A stretch of DNA of 61,928 bases from a virus. Taxonomy: Duplodnaviria > Caudoviricetes. The translations under genes and the position numbers were made by a program. This document shows positions 1-9,534 of the stretch, piece after piece (position 1 is the stretch's first letter; each line of letters starts with the position of its first letter). Below the pieces are notes generated by a model, which did not search any database, was not told the origin of the DNA, and worked only from the letters and a program-made list of their open reading frames with translations. Location: the IMG/VR virus record IMGVR_UViG_3300018089_000002, positions 1 to 61,928 of that record; one strand, given 5' to 3'.

Positions 1-14
1 CTTCTATCTTTGAC

Positions 15-43
15 TTGACAAAAGAGCACAAAGCGAGTAATCT
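15..43 (+). promoter_or_regulatory. sigma70/HrdB-type promoter
   Basis: TTGACA(15-20)-N17-TAATCT(38-43), followed by a purine-rich AAGGAACGAGGAA leader. Confidence 0.7.
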
Positions 44-192
44 ACGAACGGACAAAGGAACGAGGAATACAGAACTAGACCCCCACTGGCACCGACCGTG
101 CGCGCATGCTACTCTAGATCGCGTACTTGCCCTGTGACCTGCGCTAACGTGCGCACACGATCGCCACTAGACGAACGAAGAAGGAACAAGAA

Positions 193-693
193 GTGACTAC
201 TTTCACCTTGCCCGGGATCCGCGACGTCGGTCGGGATCCGCAGCACTGGACACTGCCGGCTGTTGACATGCCCAATTCCCCGAACATCGTCCCGACTCCG
301 GACAGCACCGCGTTTGTCACCTTCGAGGGAACGTTTCTCGGTTTCGGCACGACCAGGAAGCCGACGCATCTGCGCCATCACGGCGCCTTCGCAGATCCCG
401 CACTCGGTGAGAAGTGCAACGCCTGCCGCTGGTCCGAGATCCGTATCTTCTACTCGAAGGAGGACGACATCTACCTGATTCATCTGTCGGGTATCTCCGT
501 CGCCTCCGGGGAGTCCAACCGCTACCGGATCGAGCGAGCCGTGAGCGCGCTCGAGGTGATCGAGATCCTGACCACGAACCGGCAAGGCGAAGCCGCGCGG
601 CTCTCGGCTCCCGCGTCCCGTGCTCTCGCGCAGGCCGCAGAGTTCGATGAAGACTTGCGCGAGGCGTACGGCGAACGACGCGCGAGGCTGTGA
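193..693 (+). CDS. hypothetical phage protein (CxxC)
   Basis: GTG start after AAGGAACAAG RBS; genome-typical codon use; followed by a hairpin. Confidence 0.75.
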   Translation: MTTFTLPGIRDVGRDPQHWTLPAVDMPNSPNIVPTPDSTAFVTFEGTFLGFGTTRKPTHLRHHGAFADPALGEKCNACRWSEIRIFYSKEDDIYLIHLSGISVASGESNRYRIERAVSALEVIEILTTNRQGEAARLSAPASRALAQAAEFDEDLREAYGERRARL

Positions 694-723
694 CAGCAGC
701 GCATCGTTGCGTCACCCTTAAAC

Positions 724-768
724 GTGCTGGGCACTCCGTTCTTCCCCCGTAGACGGGGTGCCCAGCAC
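724..768 (+). terminator. stem-loop terminator
   Basis: GTGCTGGGCAC...GTGCCCAGCAC inverted repeat after the ORF stop. Confidence 0.55.
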
Positions 769-826
769 TTGCAAGTCGCAGTAGACTACGGAATACAGAT
801 GATGGACGATGACGGAAGGAAGACTC

Positions 827-1189
827 ATGTTTCGGATCCTCGTCACAGGTTCCCGCAACTGGACGAACAGAAATCTCCTTGAGCAGCAACTATACGTGCC
901 ATTCGTTGCCTACGGTGGCGGTATCTCCGTGATACACGGCGATTGCCCTACAGGGGCAGACAAGATGGCCCACGACTGGTGCCAGCGCTACCAAATCATT
1001 GTGCGTCGGTATCCCGCCGACTGGACTACGCACGGACGCGCCGCAGGCCCTATCCGCAATCGCATCATGGTGGAAACCAGACCAGATGTGTGCCTCGCAT
1101 TCATTCGCAACAACTCACGTGGTGCATCGGGCTGTGCAGAGCTAGCCGAGCAATACGGAATCCGCACGTTCCGATACCGGGAGATCTAG
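827..1189 (+). CDS. SLOG-family (DUF2493/YspA-like) protein
   Basis: RILVTGSR, VIHGDCPTGAD, ADW..HGRAAGPIRN motifs; ATG 827 after GGAAGGAAG. Confidence 0.85.
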   Translation: MFRILVTGSRNWTNRNLLEQQLYVPFVAYGGGISVIHGDCPTGADKMAHDWCQRYQIIVRRYPADWTTHGRAAGPIRNRIMVETRPDVCLAFIRNNSRGASGCAELAEQYGIRTFRYREI

Positions 1190-3039
1190 TGAAGCATCTT
1201 AGTGATATCAACGTGCAACTCGTCACGGACATCGACACCGCTTCCGAGTGCGCGCGCTGGCTCTCCACCCTCGATCGCGTTGCGATCGATACTGAAGGCA
1301 CTGGCCTGTCTCCGGAACGCGATCACGTCCGACTCGTGCAGTTCGGTGACCTCGATCAGGCGTACGTCGTTCCGCTCGAGGGTGTCACCTTCGACAGGCA
1401 GCCCGCCTACGCACAGGCGAAGGGCTGGGGCGGCTTCGCTGTCGACATGCTGACCCGGATCGCAGAGGATCCGCACGGCCCGCGCATCGACATGCAGAAC
1501 GCTCCGTACGATCATTCGATGATCCGGGGCACGCTCGGTGTCTTCCTGCCGCGCCATCGGATCGAAGATACCCGGATCGCAGCGCACGTCCTGGACTCGC
1601 GCACCAGGCTCGGGCTCAAGGAGCTCGCGAAACTGCACGTCGACAAGAACGCGGATCTCGGGCAGGACATCCTGCACGATGCGATGAACCCGACGACCGG
1701 ATGGAACTGGGCGACGGTGCCGATCGGGTTCAAACCCTTCTGGTTCTATGCCGGACTGGACACCATCCTCACGTCCCGCGTTGGTGACAAGCTCTTGCCT
1801 GCCGTCCGGCTGGACGCTCCGCGTTCGTACGGTCTCGAGATGGCCGTCCAGTGGGTCTATGAGGACATGGAGCGCAACGGCGTCCTGCTGGATCGTCCGT
1901 ACACCGAAGAGTTTCTCGCACAGCTTGAACAGCACGTCCGCGACCTCGAAAAATGGTGCATGCAGACCTATCGGTTCTACCCAGGGTCGGACACCAAGGT
2001 CACGGCACAACTGCTCAAGGATGGCGTTCATCTCACCAAGCAAACCCAGTCCGGCGCCGCGTTGTCGATCGACAAGGAAGTCCTCACAGGCGTCGATCAT
2101 CCGCTCGCACGTGGCGTGCTCGCGCGTCGTCAGTCGATGAAGGTTGCCGGCTATCTGCGTAGTTATCTTGATTTCGCGGACGAGCACAACATCATCCATC
2201 CGAGCATCAACACCGTTGGTGGGGTTTCAAAAGACCCCTTCAACCCGGGTGGAGGCAATGGCGTGCGCACTGGCCGTTCTTCGATGACGAAGCCCAATCT
2301 TCAGCAGGTACCGACCAGGACCGAGATGGGTGCGAAGGTTCGTCGTTGCTTCATCCCGGGCCCCGGCCACACCTGGGTGTCGGCGGATGCCTCACAGATC
2401 GAGTCCAGGATCCTCGCGCACTACTCGAAGGATCCCGGTCTGATCGCGGCGTTCAAGTCCGGAGAAGACTTCTTCGTCGCGCTCGCAAAGCAGCTTTTCC
2501 ATGATCCTGATTTCCAGAAGTCCGATCCGCGACGCTCGACGCTGAAAAACGGTGTCTACGCGAAGATCTACGCTGCCGGCCCCGACAAGTTCGCCAAGAC
2601 TGCTGGCGTCTCCGTGCAAGAAGCACGAGAGTTCATGCAGTCGTTCGATCAGCGGTTCTCCGGAGTCCCTGCGTTCGTACGCAGAATCTCTGAACTAGCA
2701 CGGCAGCGCGCCGAGCAAGAGGGAGCACCGTACGTCCGATCGCCGTTGACCGGGCGCCGCCTGGTCGCTGACGAAGACCGTCCTTACACCGTGGTCAACT
2801 ACCTGATCCAGGGTACGGCCGCCGAGCTCCTGAAGATGATGAACGTCCGGCTTGCTGACAAGGGACTGACTCCGTGCATGAAGTTTCCCGTGCACGACGA
2901 GATAAACATGTCCGTCCCGAACGACCAACTATCCGAAGTGCTCGCTACGATCAAAGAGACATTGAACGACGATGAGCTGCTGTCGGTTCCCGTCGAGTGG
3001 GAGATCGGGACCGGGGAGAACTGGGGAGAGGCACACTGA
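1189..3039 (+). CDS. polA: family A DNA polymerase with 3'-5' exonuclease
   Basis: Exo motifs DTEGTG, NAPYD, YAGLD; TGRSS..PNLQQ; motif A DASQIE; motif C VHDE; GTG start overlaps upstream stop (TAGTG). Confidence 0.95.
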   Translation: MKHLSDINVQLVTDIDTASECARWLSTLDRVAIDTEGTGLSPERDHVRLVQFGDLDQAYVVPLEGVTFDRQPAYAQAKGWGGFAVDMLTRIAEDPHGPRIDMQNAPYDHSMIRGTLGVFLPRHRIEDTRIAAHVLDSRTRLGLKELAKLHVDKNADLGQDILHDAMNPTTGWNWATVPIGFKPFWFYAGLDTILTSRVGDKLLPAVRLDAPRSYGLEMAVQWVYEDMERNGVLLDRPYTEEFLAQLEQHVRDLEKWCMQTYRFYPGSDTKVTAQLLKDGVHLTKQTQSGAALSIDKEVLTGVDHPLARGVLARRQSMKVAGYLRSYLDFADEHNIIHPSINTVGGVSKDPFNPGGGNGVRTGRSSMTKPNLQQVPTRTEMGAKVRRCFIPGPGHTWVSADASQIESRILAHYSKDPGLIAAFKSGEDFFVALAKQLFHDPDFQKSDPRRSTLKNGVYAKIYAAGPDKFAKTAGVSVQEAREFMQSFDQRFSGVPAFVRRISELARQRAEQEGAPYVRSPLTGRRLVADEDRPYTVVNYLIQGTAAELLKMMNVRLADKGLTPCMKFPVHDEINMSVPNDQLSEVLATIKETLNDDELLSVPVEWEIGTGENWGEAH

Positions 3040-3767
3040 TGCAAAAGCCAAGCCTAAGGCTTTGCTATAAATCTGATCTTGCCTTTGTGTATCATGGTGA
3101 CTGCATGGAACTCATTCCAATAATGCAGAAAGGTTCTGTAGACTTACTGGTAACTGATCCTCCATACGGAATAAACTATAAGAGTAAAAATTTCGACAAA
3201 ATTGTTGGAGATAACGAAGAAACTGATGTAGCGAGTATGCTTGGTGCTGCAACGCGCGTTCTGCGTAATCACAGACATGTTTATGTGTTTGGTTTTCGTT
3301 CAGAGCAGTTACAGCATAAAATGAAGCTTGGTGGCACAACTCAACTGATTTGGGATAAAGAGCAAATAGGCAAAGGTAATATGTCCTCTCTGTGGGGACC
3401 GAGCCACGAAATAATATTGTTCGGGGTGCACGCAAAGTCTGCGGCTAATCGTGCATCTGGTGACGGTAATCTGTCTGCACGTCTACGAAAAGGTAACGTG
3501 CTGCATGTAGCCAGGAAAAATTCTATAGCAGTCGTTAATCATCCAACAGAAAAACCTGTTGAATTAATGCGGCAACTTATAGAGTCATCTTCCCGTCTTG
3601 GTGAGGTGGTTTTTGATCCATTCGCCGGCGTATGCTCAACGGCTGTGGCTGCTATTGTCACAGGCCGTAAAGCAATCGTCTGTGAAATTGACTCAAAGTA
3701 CGTCGACATCGGCATACAACGGATTAAGCAGGCTGAACAACTATGGAGATCAATAGCAGCGCTATGA
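3039..3767 (+). CDS. N6-adenine/N4-cytosine DNA methyltransferase (beta class)
   Basis: DPPY precedes HPTEKP and DPFAG; TGATG coupling to polA; visibly AT-rich. Confidence 0.92.
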   Translation: MQKPSLRLCYKSDLAFVYHGDCMELIPIMQKGSVDLLVTDPPYGINYKSKNFDKIVGDNEETDVASMLGAATRVLRNHRHVYVFGFRSEQLQHKMKLGGTTQLIWDKEQIGKGNMSSLWGPSHEIILFGVHAKSAANRASGDGNLSARLRKGNVLHVARKNSIAVVNHPTEKPVELMRQLIESSSRLGEVVFDPFAGVCSTAVAAIVTGRKAIVCEIDSKYVDIGIQRIKQAEQLWRSIAAL

Positions 3768-3836
3768 TAGGAATACTTCTCACCGTTCTTCTGTCTCTCG
3801 CCACGATCCCGCTTGTTGTCGCTGATTGGAAACGCA

Positions 3837-4343
3837 GTGATCACCATCGGTTGCGATCCCGGAAAATCGTTCGGTCTGGCCATGCTCGGCACCACGAGCC
3901 TGATGTACGTCTATCAGGGCGACGCTGAACAAGGTCTGCGCGCACTGCACAACATCTTGGTGTTTCAGACTGAGATAGCGGCACACAAACCCAACTACCC
4001 GATTGCTGTCGCGATCGAGCAGTTCACGATCACGCCGGGCACCGGGCGGAGGCCAGGCGCCTCCCAGACGGCCCGGCTCGCCGGCCGGGCCGTGGAGGTA
4101 GCCCGCAGCTTCCCGAGTGCCCTGGTGGCGCTCCAGAGCCCGGCAGATGCCGCCCGGGCGTGGCCGTCCCCGTTGCTGCGGCGCCTCGGGCTCTGGGTCA
4201 GCCCCGGCCTGATCCGGGGTACCGACCCCGGAGCCAAGGACGCGGACGACGCGAACTCAGCTCTCCGCCATGCTCTGCTCTGGTTGCAGCGAAACCGGCC
4301 CGAGATGATTCAAGAGATGATGCGCGGGGTTGACATCGTGTGA
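3837..4343 (+). CDS. RuvC-like Holliday junction resolvase
   Basis: IGCDPGKSFG, IAIEQF and DADDA acidic motifs. Confidence 0.75.
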   Translation: MITIGCDPGKSFGLAMLGTTSLMYVYQGDAEQGLRALHNILVFQTEIAAHKPNYPIAVAIEQFTITPGTGRRPGASQTARLAGRAVEVARSFPSALVALQSPADAARAWPSPLLRRLGLWVSPGLIRGTDPGAKDADDANSALRHALLWLQRNRPEMIQEMMRGVDIV

Positions 4344-4397
4344 TAGGCTACCGAGAGATCGCGAGAACGAGGAAGAAGGAAGAGAGAAAGGCGTATT

Positions 4398-4532
4398 ATG
4401 TCTACGTTCTATTGTCGCGGTACGTGTAGTGCATGTGCAGGCACGGGTGAAGAATACGATCAGGACTGGACAGGCGACCCGTGCCCGCACTGCTGCGGCA
4501 CTGGTGAGTGCTACTGCGGCGAGCGTGACTGA
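4398..4532 (+). CDS. 44-aa DnaJ-type zinc-finger microprotein (not in ORF track)
   Basis: MSTFYCRGTCSACAGTG...CPHCCGTGECYCGERD; RBS GAAAGG; stop overlaps the helicase ATG. Confidence 0.7.
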   Translation: MSTFYCRGTCSACAGTGEEYDQDWTGDPCPHCCGTGECYCGERD

Positions 4533-7222
4533 TGCCGACCGCTGAACTCACCTCCGATGCCGGACACATCGCCGTTGCAACAGACTGGAATCAGCGCGAT
4601 CTCATCAAGCTGATCCCTGGCGCTCGGTACAAGCGTGGCAACGAGTGGCATCTCCCGCTGACGTGGGCAGCCTGCGTGCAACTCCGTGGCGTCTTCGGCG
4701 ACTCGCTCACGATCGGCCCGAACTTAATGCTGTGGGCGAAGCAGTGCCGCTCGGATTACGTGGATCCCGCCACGGAAATGCGCGACCGTACCGAGGGGAC
4801 GATCCTCACCGAGCATCCTTCAGGCATCGCAGACGAGATTGCACGGCTGTACCCATTCCAGCGTTCGTGTGTGGACTTCATGCGTGTCACGAGCAATGCG
4901 CAGTTTACTTCTGAGTGGGGTGTCGGCGGAGGTCTGCTCGGGGACGAGATGGGCTGTCTAACTGGTGACAGCATCATTCATGTCAACCGCAGAGGTAAGG
5001 GATACAAACTTCGTCTAGACGAACTTGTCGCTAGATTCAACGGAACAACAGTCTCCGGACCGCGATGCAACTATGCTGACGGGCAAACGAAGGTACGTGG
5101 ACTGTCAGCAGATGGCACTATGCGTTCATTGCCTCTAATCGGTGTGAAAGATACCGGAGTGCGTTCTGTTATTCAGGTCAACACAGAAGATGGCAAACAA
5201 GTTAAGTGCACTCCCGGACACGAGATTCTCACACCAAACGGCAAGGTGCGCGCAGATTCTCTCCGCCCCGGAGACGCTGTTCTCACCGATCCACTAACGT
5301 CCGTCGTGCCTGCTGCGAAACAACGTGTGTCTCAGGCCCGTGTGCTTCCTGACGGTAGGCAAACAGACAAGGATGGCTACGTTAGAGTGCACGGAACGGG
5401 ACATCCGCGTAGTGGTACTGGCGGTGTGTATGAGCACATACTCGTTGCCGAAGATGCCTACGGGATGAGCATTGACGAGAGTTTCCACGTGCATCACATC
5501 AACGGCATCAAACACGACAACCGACCAGAAAACCTAGAACTCCTTGACGCGGTTGAGCATTTGACACATCACGGTATCAAGCACCGTGTAAATCTTGGTG
5601 ATTCGTATCCGTGCATCACTCGTGTTGTGTCCATAAACGACGTGGGCACCGAACACGTTTACGACCTGTCCATCGCAGACGACGCACACACGTACGTAGC
5701 TAACGGGATCGTAGTCGGGAATACAGGAAAGACGATCGAGGTTCTTGGCTATCTTCTGCATCTGCAATTGGAACAGTTCCCCGTTCTTATCGTCTGCCCG
5801 AACTCCCTCAAACTCCACTGGTCGAAGCGGATTAGCGAGTGGATCCCCTACGCCTCCCCGTTCGTCATCGAAGGCAACGCCAAACAGCGGCAGGCCGTTC
5901 TTGACGAGGCTGCCGAGACACCTGCCGCGATCGTGATCGTGAACTATGAATCACTGCGCACGCTGTCCAGGCTCGCACCGTACGGCGCTACTCGTCTTCG
6001 TCGCTGCCGTGAGTGCGATCCGGACGGTGGGGACGAAATCGTCAAGCCGGCGCAGTGCCAAGCGCATCCGAAGCCACTCAACGGCTTCGGTTTCGGGGCT
6101 GCCATCCTGGACGAGGCACACCGGATCAAAGAGCCGTCGTCTCAGCAGACACGCGCCGTCTGGGCTCTGTGCCATGAATCTTCCGTCAAGCACGTGTGGG
6201 CTCTTACGGGTACGCCGATCGCGAACCACGTCGGAGACCTCTGGTCCGTCATGCACGCGGTTAACCGACACGAGTACCCCACTCGATCGACGTTCACCGA
6301 GCGCTACGGCCTACAGGTCTGGAAGGGTTGGGGCGGAGTCGACATCGGCGGGCTCAATCCCGCTAACGAAGCTGAGTTCCGCCGGTTCTTCGATCCTCGG
6401 TTCCGCCGCATGACCAAGACCCGTGTCCTGCCGCAGCTCCCGCCGAAAGTGCACACGTCCCGCATCGTGGAGATGGGGCAGACGCAACGCAGGATGTACC
6501 GAGAGCTCGAAGCCACCCTGATGTGTCGCACCGACGATGGCGAACTGATCATCACGGGGCATCAGATCGTGGCACAGACCAGACTCGCTCAGCTCGCCTG
6601 CGCGACGTGCAAGATCGAGTATGGCCCGGATTCGGATCCGAGTGACCCGAAGTCCTGGAAGGTGGAGCTTCGCGAGCCTTCCTCGAAGATCGATGAGTTG
6701 ATGCTCGTGGTGGAAGAACTCGGCGGCCGGCAAGCGGTCGTCGCTGCCGAGCACGCGAAGTTGATCGAACTTGCCTCCCAGCGGCTCACACAGGCCAAGG
6801 TGCCACACCTGTGTATCACGGGGGACGTGGCTCCGATCGACCGTCAGCGCGCGCTCGATGCCCTCGAAGCAGGCACGATCCAGCTTCTCCTGTTCACCGC
6901 GAAGGCAGGCGGAGTCGGGCTGGACATGTCCGCCGCGTCCTGCCTGATCTGGCTTCAGCATCCGTGGAGCATGGTGGAGTACCTGCAAGCCGAGGACCGC
7001 GTTCGGCGGATCGGCTCCGAACGACACAACCAGATCGATATCGTGCACATCGTCACCAAGGACACGATCGAAGAGGACAAGCTCACCCGTCTATCGAGCA
7101 AACTCGAGCGGCTCGAGCAGATCACGCGGGATCGGCAACGTCTGATCGAGTCCGGAGCGACACAGGATCAATTGGACGCAGAGATGAACTACCTTGCTAC
7201 CGCGTTCTTGGGAAAGGAATAA
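4532..7222 (+). CDS. SNF2-family helicase, intein-containing
   Basis: DEMG/TGKT Walker A split by an intein; ILDEAH, LTGTP, QAEDRVRRIG motifs. Confidence 0.92.
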   Translation: MPTAELTSDAGHIAVATDWNQRDLIKLIPGARYKRGNEWHLPLTWAACVQLRGVFGDSLTIGPNLMLWAKQCRSDYVDPATEMRDRTEGTILTEHPSGIADEIARLYPFQRSCVDFMRVTSNAQFTSEWGVGGGLLGDEMGCLTGDSIIHVNRRGKGYKLRLDELVARFNGTTVSGPRCNYADGQTKVRGLSADGTMRSLPLIGVKDTGVRSVIQVNTEDGKQVKCTPGHEILTPNGKVRADSLRPGDAVLTDPLTSVVPAAKQRVSQARVLPDGRQTDKDGYVRVHGTGHPRSGTGGVYEHILVAEDAYGMSIDESFHVHHINGIKHDNRPENLELLDAVEHLTHHGIKHRVNLGDSYPCITRVVSINDVGTEHVYDLSIADDAHTYVANGIVVGNTGKTIEVLGYLLHLQLEQFPVLIVCPNSLKLHWSKRISEWIPYASPFVIEGNAKQRQAVLDEAAETPAAIVIVNYESLRTLSRLAPYGATRLRRCRECDPDGGDEIVKPAQCQAHPKPLNGFGFGAAILDEAHRIKEPSSQQTRAVWALCHESSVKHVWALTGTPIANHVGDLWSVMHAVNRHEYPTRSTFTERYGLQVWKGWGGVDIGGLNPANEAEFRRFFDPRFRRMTKTRVLPQLPPKVHTSRIVEMGQTQRRMYRELEATLMCRTDDGELIITGHQIVAQTRLAQLACATCKIEYGPDSDPSDPKSWKVELREPSSKIDELMLVVEELGGRQAVVAAEHAKLIELASQRLTQAKVPHLCITGDVAPIDRQRALDALEAGTIQLLLFTAKAGGVGLDMSAASCLIWLQHPWSMVEYLQAEDRVRRIGSERHNQIDIVHIVTKDTIEEDKLTRLSSKLERLEQITRDRQRLIESGATQDQLDAEMNYLATAFLGKE
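4955..5722 (+). mobile_element. intein with HNH homing endonuclease
   Basis: CLTGDS N-terminus, TPGH block B, VYDL..HTYVANGIVVGN/T C-terminus; internal HHINGIKHDNRPENL. Confidence 0.92.
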
Positions 7223-7224
7223 CG

Positions 7225-7905
7225 GTGAGGAAACCGCGTGTGCTTGATGCCTGCTGTGGTCAAGGTGGCACGGGAATGGGACTTCATCGTGCCGGTTTTG
7301 ACGTCTATGGTATTGATATTCATCCGCAACCACGATACCCGTTCAAGTTCTATCAAACGGATGCAGTGAAGTTCATTGAACGTTGGGGCAGTGAGTTTGA
7401 TGCGATCGTCGCCGGCTGGCCATGCCAGGCATACACGGCATGCCAGCAAATCCAAGGCAACGCACACCCGATGCTGATCGAACCAGGGCGAGAGGTTATG
7501 CGTTCGTCAGGTAGGCCGTATGTAATTGAGAATGTAGAAGGTGCGCGCGAACATCTAATCAATCCTACCGAACTGTGCGGCTGTATGTTTCCTGACTTGA
7601 ACGTATACCGTACACGGTTGTTTGAGGCGTCATTCGATCTTCCGCAGCCTGCGCATAGACCACATGTGCAGCTTGTGACGAAGATGGGTAGACCGCCGGT
7701 TGATGGCGAGCGTATGCACGTTGTTGGCAATTTCTCTGGTGTAAACGCTGCGCGGTCCGCTATGGGTATTGACTGGATGACACGCGATGGACTTCGAGAA
7801 GCTGTACCACCAGCGTACGGCTACTGGATCGGTAAACAATTGCTAGCACAAGTAGACATACGTGATACCATAGTGACTGAGTTCTGGGAAAGGAATAAGG
7901 GATGA
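7225..7905 (+). CDS. C5-cytosine DNA methyltransferase-like protein
   Basis: VLDACCGQGG (motif I), WPCQ (motif IV), IENV (motif VI); GTG start after GGAAAGGA. Confidence 0.85.
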   Translation: MRKPRVLDACCGQGGTGMGLHRAGFDVYGIDIHPQPRYPFKFYQTDAVKFIERWGSEFDAIVAGWPCQAYTACQQIQGNAHPMLIEPGREVMRSSGRPYVIENVEGAREHLINPTELCGCMFPDLNVYRTRLFEASFDLPQPAHRPHVQLVTKMGRPPVDGERMHVVGNFSGVNAARSAMGIDWMTRDGLREAVPPAYGYWIGKQLLAQVDIRDTIVTEFWERNKG

Positions 7906-8978
7906 TCAGTGATGGGCAGTATTCCTACTGCATCAGCAACTCCGAACTTCGTGATTGGAAGCGTTGCCGGCGCCGCTGGTGGCTCACCTGGTATCGGAAG
8001 CTCACGCCGCGTCTGACCGATCACTCAAGCAAGCTCGCCTCAGGTACTCGTGTACATGCTGCGCTAGCGGAGTGGTACAAGCCGAATCCCACTGTGAGTA
8101 CGAACCTACTTGCCACTCTTTCACAGCTCATCGACGCAGAGCGCACCGAAATCACCCGAGAGGTCTTGGAACTCTGCGGAGACGACGCAAGTCCCGATGA
8201 TTATGCCATACTTGTCGAAGACAATACTCTCAACAACATGCTGAACGAGTATGACAAGGTCACTTCCGTCGAACGCGCCATGGTCGAGGGTTATCTCCAG
8301 TGGCTCGAAGAGACCGGCGCAGATCAGCAGTACGAAGCTGTCGCTTCCGAACTCCCGATCGTTGCACCGTTCGCCACCATCAAGCACTCCGACGTGCCCA
8401 TCCGAATCTACGCCGTTGGCATCATCGACGCACAGATCAGGGATCGTGAGACGGGAGAGTTGCACTTCATCGATCACAAGACGGTTGATTCTCTCGCTCA
8501 CCCACTCCCGACCCTGCGGCTTGATGAACAGATGCTCCACTACATCCTGCTTCTCCAGCTCCACCGTGGTCTGCATCCCGCTGTCGACGGACTGCACCCA
8601 CTACCGACCGCGTTCTACAACATGCTCCGTCGCGTCAAGCGCACGCCGGCCGCGAAACCACCGTTCTTCGCGCGGCACCGCGTGCACCACAACCAGCTTG
8701 AGATTCGCCGCTACTCTGATCATCTGCTCGGCGCAACCCTGGACATCATCACGACCAGCGGAGCGCTGGCCAAGAGCACCGACGCACATCACCAGGTCGC
8801 CTACCCCTCGCCGACTCGTGACTGCGCGTGGGACTGTCCGTTCTTCACCATCTGCCCGATGTTCGATGACGGTTCGCGTGTCGAGGAAGCGATTGAGGCA
8901 AGATACAAGACACGCAACCCGCTCGAGCGGTACACTGAAGCATTCAAGCGCCACCAGACGACAACGAACAAGGAATGA
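7902..8978 (+). CDS. Cas4/RecB-like PD-(D/E)XK exonuclease
   Basis: SNSEL..WKRCRR, GTRVH, GIID..IDHKT, QMLHY, C-terminal CAWDCPF..C cluster. Confidence 0.88.
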   Translation: MISDGQYSYCISNSELRDWKRCRRRWWLTWYRKLTPRLTDHSSKLASGTRVHAALAEWYKPNPTVSTNLLATLSQLIDAERTEITREVLELCGDDASPDDYAILVEDNTLNNMLNEYDKVTSVERAMVEGYLQWLEETGADQQYEAVASELPIVAPFATIKHSDVPIRIYAVGIIDAQIRDRETGELHFIDHKTVDSLAHPLPTLRLDEQMLHYILLLQLHRGLHPAVDGLHPLPTAFYNMLRRVKRTPAAKPPFFARHRVHHNQLEIRRYSDHLLGATLDIITTSGALAKSTDAHHQVAYPSPTRDCAWDCPFFTICPMFDDGSRVEEAIEARYKTRNPLERYTEAFKRHQTTTNKE

Positions 8979-9247
8979 GACAGATGACCAATACATGGGT
9001 AAGTGCAGCGTCAGCTACCGGCAGCCGACACGAACCACACGTCAAAGTATCCGACGCACTTATCTCGGATACACCCACAGATGAAGTCACTAACGGCGTG
9101 TTCTGTATCTACATCACCAATTACGGTGATTCTCCCGGTACGTGCTTTGCCAAGGTCATCGCGGAATCCGAGGCTCGCGCACTAGAAGTACTTGCTCGCG
9201 TACACAAGACAATAGAAGAAACGGCTGTTAGTTGGTATGCGTCATGA
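8975..9247 (+). CDS. hypothetical protein
   Basis: ATGA-coupled within the operon. Confidence 0.6.
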   Translation: MRQMTNTWVSAASATGSRHEPHVKVSDALISDTPTDEVTNGVFCIYITNYGDSPGTCFAKVIAESEARALEVLARVHKTIEETAVSWYAS

Positions 9248-9534
9248 CCACGAGAACAGCAACCACGCGCGCTCAGTATGCCTACGCTATGCAGTTGTGG
9301 GCAGCCTGGTTCAACGAGCACGGCATCCACAGCACCAGAAACATCCTGGGTGACAACCTGATCGAAATCGATGACGACGAAGGAACCATCACGGCAACGA
9401 TCGTGCTGCGTGACGACAGCACTGATCGTATGTACAAGGTCGATGGCAAACTCGCAACCACGCGCTTCACGTTCACGAGTCTCATCACTCCCATCAAGCC
9501 GTTTCCATTCGAGCAGAGAAGGAAGCCCGAATGA
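9244..9534 (+). CDS. hypothetical protein
   Basis: ATGA overlaps on both sides. Confidence 0.65.
   Translation: MTTRTATTRAQYAYAMQLWAAWFNEHGIHSTRNILGDNLIEIDDDEGTITATIVLRDDSTDRMYKVDGKLATTRFTFTSLITPIKPFPFEQRRKPE

Noticed and set aside
943-1188. N-terminal extension of the polymerase ORF
   Set aside because: Overlaps the SLOG gene; the TAGTG-coupled start at 1189 is more plausible
1189-3039. Polymerase as DpoZ or marker of a base-substituted genome
   Set aside because: No PurZ, dATPase or other nucleotide-modification pathway recognised in the window
3022-3767. Restriction-modification system
   Set aside because: No cognate restriction endonuclease; the neighbour is a RuvC-like resolvase
6811-7224. 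N-terminal extension of the C5 methylase ORF
   Set aside because: Overlaps the helicase C-terminus; strong RBS precedes GTG 7225
7902-8978. Cas4 as evidence of a CRISPR-Cas system
   Set aside because: No cas1/cas2 or array; context is a phage exonuclease-ATPase-SSB recombination module
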